The notes under the pieces are model-generated. The model was not told where the DNA came from, searched no databases, and was given only the letters and a program-made list of their open reading frames with translations. Both the position numbers and the translations under genes were made by a program. Below are positions 59,700 to 64,000 of a DNA stretch of 64,000 nt, one piece after another. Numbering within the stretch: the first letter of the stretch is position 1; each line of letters opens with the position of its first letter. The stretch comes from a candidate division TM6 bacterium GW2011_GWF2_28_16 (GTDB taxonomy: Bacteria; Patescibacteriota; Microgenomatia; UBA1400; PJMF01). The DNA is taken from NCBI GenBank assembly GCA_001029715.1, contig CP011212.1:259407-323406 (forward strand), written 5' to 3'.

Positions 59700-60833
59700 A
59701 TGTTCTGTACTCACTGTGGCTCTCACCTACGACAAAATGCTAAGTTCTGCGAAAAATGCGGCTCCACTGTGTCGAAGCCAAAAGCCAACAGTCAAAAAGT
59801 TGACAAGTCTCAGTCGAAAATAAAATGGCTAGTCGGTTTGGTAGTACTTGCAGTTGTTGGAGTTTCGTTTTCTCGTTTTTTCCTAGGCGGTAACTCTGTG
59901 ACTGGTTACTCACAAGATGAAGCAGGATTTAAGAAAGCTATTGACAGACAATACCAATTGCTTGAGTCTGGCACGGAAGCAGATGTACAACAGATTTACC
60001 AAGATTTTCTCGACCCAAAAGCTAAAGTCATGTCAGAAGAAGAGTACTTAAAGGGGTTCAAAGAGTATTGGGGTGACAAATATCAAAAAGTTATCATGCA
60101 TAGCTATAAAGCTGATGGAGCTAATGCTTACGCTGACAGAACTATCCGTGTGTGTACTGATGAGAACTGTCAAAACGTTGAGTCAATTAGCCGTGCCTTT
60201 AAGAAGTATTACTACGAAAATGGGCGATGGCTGATGAAGGGTGAAGACTTCTATTGCCCTAGAACTACCAACTATGAAATGGAGCCAGAGTTTTCTCGAG
60301 CTCTAAGTCTGATTGAGCAGCGGGCGACAGAAGCAGACACAGACTCTGCGGAGACATTTAAGACTTACCTAGAAGTAATCCACTGTCTGCAAATCCGATA
60401 TGCCCCTGCCGATGCTGACATGAACCAGGCAGAGGGTGTGTTTCACTTTATCCCTGGTCAAAGTGCCGAAACACTATCAATCGTCGTTTCACCTCGATAT
60501 AAGTCAAAAGATGACATCCTAACAGCCACGCTCATTATGCATGAGCTTACCCATGCCGTGAACTACGTTTCTGGTCTTTACGATGGAAAACATACCGATT
60601 GTTACCTAGACGAAGCACAAGCCTTTAGTAATCAAAATTGGTTTTTAACTGTACTTAATAATGAAGAAAAGCAGTCACTACTGGCTCGGATGAGAGTCGG
60701 TGGCTCTCCCGAACTGGTAGGTATTGCTAACGTACTGCAAACCGTTCCTCGCATGAAAGGAGCTACTTATGAGGAACAAGCTCTGAACTTTGTTAAAGCT
60801 AATCCGTTTTATCAAAAACAGTGCGGTACATAA
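59700..60833 (+). CDS. Zinc-ribbon/TM protein with an external HEXXH metallopeptidase-like domain
   Basis: MFCTHCG..KFCEKCG, TM, HELTH...DEAQAF. Confidence 0.8.
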   Translation: MFCTHCGSHLRQNAKFCEKCGSTVSKPKANSQKVDKSQSKIKWLVGLVVLAVVGVSFSRFFLGGNSVTGYSQDEAGFKKAIDRQYQLLESGTEADVQQIYQDFLDPKAKVMSEEEYLKGFKEYWGDKYQKVIMHSYKADGANAYADRTIRVCTDENCQNVESISRAFKKYYYENGRWLMKGEDFYCPRTTNYEMEPEFSRALSLIEQRATEADTDSAETFKTYLEVIHCLQIRYAPADADMNQAEGVFHFIPGQSAETLSIVVSPRYKSKDDILTATLIMHELTHAVNYVSGLYDGKHTDCYLDEAQAFSNQNWFLTVLNNEEKQSLLARMRVGGSPELVGIANVLQTVPRMKGATYEEQALNFVKANPFYQKQCGT

Positions 60834-60849
60834 AAAAAACTTTGGGAGT

Positions 60850-61260
60850 GAGTTGTTCCGATGTCCCGATGTGGTCAGAACCACAAGTTCATTAACAAGA
60901 ATCCTTTTTCTTTAGGTGGCTCCTGCCACAGGGGTAGTTATATAGTGTCCGCTACCTCTGAACATCGGTACTAGCTCTGCTGTATACCAGATGTGATAAA
61001 TAGGCTTAATGACTGTTTGGGGTTATTGAAAAGGAGCATTGTATTTTTAGGATACTACCTCTGGTGGTAAATTGCCCTACTCGAGGAAGGCGGAGTATCG
61101 TTAAACACTAAGTTTGTGGTAGATGGGTGTGTAATATTTTACACACATTGCTGTCAAAACTTTGCCAACTAATCCCAGGCAATATTATTGTTTTTAGCCT
61201 GGTTGGAAGTTTGATGTTGAACGAGTAAACGAAAGTATCTCATTTGCTTGATATGAGATA
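60850..61260 (+). ncRNA. Candidate approx. 410-nt structured noncoding RNA, unassigned
   Basis: Intergenic region with at least 8 helices and several G-U pairs favouring the plus strand. Confidence 0.45.
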
Positions 61261-61288
61261 AAATATTGTAAGAAAAAGTAAAGAAAAT

Positions 61289-62851
61289 ATGGGATTTAGA
61301 TTTCGTAAATCATTTAAGATAGCTCCAGGCGTTCGGCTCAATATGAGTAAAAGTGGCTTGGGTATGAGTGCGGGTGTTCGTGGTGCTCGGGTTGGCTTTA
61401 ATAGCCGTGGGTCTTATACCAGCGTTGGTATCCCTGGAACTGGTATCCACTCAACTACTTATAGCAAAACAGGCAGAAAAGCTCGAAGCTCAGGTGGAAG
61501 AACAGCAAATCCTAGTCAGTCATCAGGTGGCGGTAAGCTACTACTTTGGTTGATTGCTATCGTCGTGGGTATTGCTCTTCCTCCATTGGGCGTAGTCATG
61601 GTGATTGGGGCAGCGATTTATTACTATCAACGGAACAAATCTCCAAAATATCAAGCAGAGCAGCGGATTAAAAAGGCTACGACGTTTTTCCAAGAACAGA
61701 AATATGCTGAGGCTGAGCCACTACTATTAGAGGCAGCCAATATTCATCCTGAAAACACGGAAACTGATTTTTTATTGGGTGGTGTTTACCATAATCAGGG
61801 TAAGTACAAAGAAGCTGCACCCTACCTAGAACGAGCTCATCAACAAGACCCGACGCATGAAGGAACTCTTGTATCACTTGCAAACTGTTATTTTAGCTTG
61901 GGTGAGTTCGACAAGGTTATACCCCTTATGCAAAACTTCCCAGGTGGTTGGGAAAATAATTTGAAAGCTTTACAACTTCTGGGCTTGAGTTTCTCCAATA
62001 AAGAGCAGCATGACTTGGCAATAGAAGTTTTCAAAAAGGCTTCGTTGACCAAAAGAAACCTTGATGATGGTTTGTTAGAGCTTCATTACAACCTGGGAAT
62101 TGTTTATGATGCTGCGGGGCAAAAAGCCAACGCACAAAAGCATTTCAAAAAAGTGTACGCCTACAACATGAACTACAAGGATGTGCTGAGTAAGATTGAT
62201 GGGGATGTGCCTAAAATCACCGATGGTGAACCGAAGCAAAACCAAGGGAAAGTTAAGGGACAAATTGGTTACTACGGGTTAGAGGACTGGTGGCTATCTG
62301 AGTTTAGTGAAGAAGAGAGGAGCCATATTGAGGAAGTTTTCCAACCTATGGGGTCTGAACCTGGTAGTAAGTCGCTAACTGAGGGTGAGTTGAGTTACTC
62401 ATCGCAGAACGCTGCTGGTTTACTTCATGCTCTCGCTGGCTGGTTCAATAAACCAGGCGACCGAGAAATTGCCAAGAAAATTATCGCTAAAGCAACTGAA
62501 CTAGCTCAAGATGGTAATGATGTTCTTGACCTTCACTTTTCGCTACAGCAAAAGATGGAGATTTATTACCGAGAACGTGAGGCTGACCCAAAAGCCATGG
62601 ATGAGGCGATTAAGGCTTGTGAGGATCAAATCAGGATAGCACCGCAGGCAGCACGACAATTTCTCAAAGAGTATCCAGGGCAACCAGTGCCTGGTCATGC
62701 AGGGTACACTCAACTAGCTATCATCCTCAAAAAACAAGATAAGCACCAAGAAGTAATCGTACTTTGTGAGAAGGCAAAAGAGCAAGGTTGGGCTGGTGAT
62801 TGGGATAAGCGGATTGCTGATGCCCAGAAGAAACAGGAGGGACAAGTATGA
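61289..62851 (+). CDS. DUF4236 domain plus TM plus TPR repeat protein
   Basis: MGFRFRKSFKIAPGVRLNMSKSG..IPGTG; TPR repeats; additional C-terminal helical domain. Confidence 0.85.
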   Translation: MGFRFRKSFKIAPGVRLNMSKSGLGMSAGVRGARVGFNSRGSYTSVGIPGTGIHSTTYSKTGRKARSSGGRTANPSQSSGGGKLLLWLIAIVVGIALPPLGVVMVIGAAIYYYQRNKSPKYQAEQRIKKATTFFQEQKYAEAEPLLLEAANIHPENTETDFLLGGVYHNQGKYKEAAPYLERAHQQDPTHEGTLVSLANCYFSLGEFDKVIPLMQNFPGGWENNLKALQLLGLSFSNKEQHDLAIEVFKKASLTKRNLDDGLLELHYNLGIVYDAAGQKANAQKHFKKVYAYNMNYKDVLSKIDGDVPKITDGEPKQNQGKVKGQIGYYGLEDWWLSEFSEEERSHIEEVFQPMGSEPGSKSLTEGELSYSSQNAAGLLHALAGWFNKPGDREIAKKIIAKATELAQDGNDVLDLHFSLQQKMEIYYREREADPKAMDEAIKACEDQIRIAPQAARQFLKEYPGQPVPGHAGYTQLAIILKKQDKHQEVIVLCEKAKEQGWAGDWDKRIADAQKKQEGQV

Positions 62852-63396
62852 GGTCAAAACAACTTATTACGTTAGTTTTATTGATTGCAGTTGTAGCTGT
62901 GATTGCTTACTTTGCTTATAGTTCAAAACAACGCAATCAGACTACGCCAACATCGGCAACACAGATGGAACAGCAGAACGCCGACTGGCAGGATGAAACA
63001 GTAAACGAAATTGGTTTAACGCTTCAACATCCTAAAGACCTGGTGTTCCGCAAGGAAATTGCCGACGATAACGGCAGGATTAGAACAGTGGGGTTTTTCC
63101 TAACAAAAGGCTCCGAAAATAGCCCTGAGTATCAAATGTACGGATTGTACCAGCAGTTTAAGGATGGAAGCCAACAAGACTTGGAACTTGCTAAGAAAGA
63201 GATGGACTCAACCACCATAAAGGAAGCAAGTATCACTGGCTACTCTGGTATTGAGGGTTTAATCATTGGTCCAAAAACCAGGTTCATTACTACTGTGATT
63301 AAAGATGGAAAACTTTTTTCGGTATCAACAATCCCACCTACAGAAGAAAATAAAGAACTGACCGAACAGATAATAGCAACCTTTGATTTTGAATAA
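62848..63396 (+). CDS. Membrane-anchored exported protein (PsbP-like)
   Basis: N-terminal TM, W..LTLQHP, terminal QIIATFDF. Confidence 0.65.
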   Translation: MRSKQLITLVLLIAVVAVIAYFAYSSKQRNQTTPTSATQMEQQNADWQDETVNEIGLTLQHPKDLVFRKEIADDNGRIRTVGFFLTKGSENSPEYQMYGLYQQFKDGSQQDLELAKKEMDSTTIKEASITGYSGIEGLIIGPKTRFITTVIKDGKLFSVSTIPPTEENKELTEQIIATFDFE

Positions 63397-63398
63397 TT

Positions 63399-63683
63399 AT
63401 GCCCGTAATTTCATACTTATTGACTGCTTTTTTTATTGGAGGTGGGATTTATTGTATTTTCCAATATTGGAAGGTAGAGCATATTGAAAGGGAAATTAAT
63501 GTGCTTGAAACTGAATGGGATGGAGTGCCCAAGAAGTCTATGAACCCTTATGTCAATAACGACACCTTGTTGAAAATCATCGCCAAAAATAGACAGCCAA
63601 TTGAACGGAAAATATATTTGTTAAAACAGAAGAGACAATTCGTGTTGGACAAAATACCACTAATTGGTTGGTTCAAAAAGTAA
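63399..63683 (+). CDS. Hypothetical membrane-anchored protein
   Basis: N-terminal TM; operonic spacing. Confidence 0.6.
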   Translation: MPVISYLLTAFFIGGGIYCIFQYWKVEHIEREINVLETEWDGVPKKSMNPYVNNDTLLKIIAKNRQPIERKIYLLKQKRQFVLDKIPLIGWFKK

Positions 63684-63716
63684 TACCTCAGCTACATGGC
63701 TTGCTGAAATGTTCAC

Positions 63717-64000
63717 TTATAGTTCACACTGATGTTGGTAGCTTGGGTTATCCGATATGAGTTGAAACAACTTACTACGAAGGTTTTTTTGCGAGCATTC
63801 ATCATCTGTAAATAATGGGCACGTCCCATCACGATTGATATCAATCATAGTTTTGAGCATAGCCACCTGGGGATGTTTATCGTCGTTCTCTTCATTCATT
63901 TTAAGCACAACAGAACTAATCTCTTCGTTACTTAGTTTGGTGTAAAAATCAATCTGTGACACGAATGCTTCAACCTCTTTGTCTCTACAAGATAGATTGT
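63717..64000 (-). CDS. Hypothetical protein, 5'-truncated by the window edge
   Basis: The frame stays open from 63962 to the window end (..NLSCRDKEVEAFVSQIDF..). Confidence 0.55.
   Translation of the reverse strand, partial: NLSCRDKEVEAFVSQIDFYTKLSNEEISSVVLKMNEENDDKHPQVAMLKTMIDINRDGTCPLFTDDECSQKNLRSKLFQLISDNPSYQHQCEL

Larger units (their letters stand above)
52258..64000. mobile_element. tRNA-Asn-integrated element (satellite/IME/prophage-like); right end lies outside the window
   Basis: Serine integrase overlapping the tRNA 3' end, primase-ATPase, visibly higher GC and different codon usage, accessory cargo. Confidence 0.85.

Noticed and set aside
60912-60929. AGGTGGCTCC resembling a T-box and complementary to the tRNA-Asn 3' end (GGAGCCAC)
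   Set aside because: Only an 8-bp match, with no ACC of the T-box bulge and no Stem I; likely chance
1-64000. UGA-to-Gly recoding (code 25) as in Gracilibacteria/Absconditabacteria
   Set aside because: RF2 with the SPF motif is present, and core genes translate fully under code 11

Overview
AT-rich bacterial chromosome segment using standard genetic code 11 (intact RF2, TGA stops). The gene repertoire and style suggest Patescibacteria/CPR, probably Microgenomates (inference, no phylogeny run). Positions 1-52.2 kb are mostly core genes: SAM-I riboswitch-metK, upp, ftsEX-M23 peptidase, prfB, uppP, a MacAB-type ABC system, recA, rny, secG, dus, a UvrD-nuclease fusion, map and rpoD. Five tRNAs and an ECF-S/NuoF-like/[FeFe]-hydrogenase operon are also present. 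From tRNA-Asn (52198) to the window end lies a more GC-rich integrated element with a large serine recombinase, a primase-ATPase, SpoVG, and zinc-ribbon and TPR cargo. Most notable observations: (1) a 41-bp covarying double-hairpin element inserted at the same T-stem position in duplicated 3' ends of two different tRNAs, with a partial copy at a third; (2) a tRNA-Ser with an ACU anticodon alongside a normal GCU copy; (3) three unexplained structured RNA candidates in the integrated element; (4) a minimal [FeFe]-hydrogenase operon coupled to a solitary S-component. All calls were made by eye without database searches.
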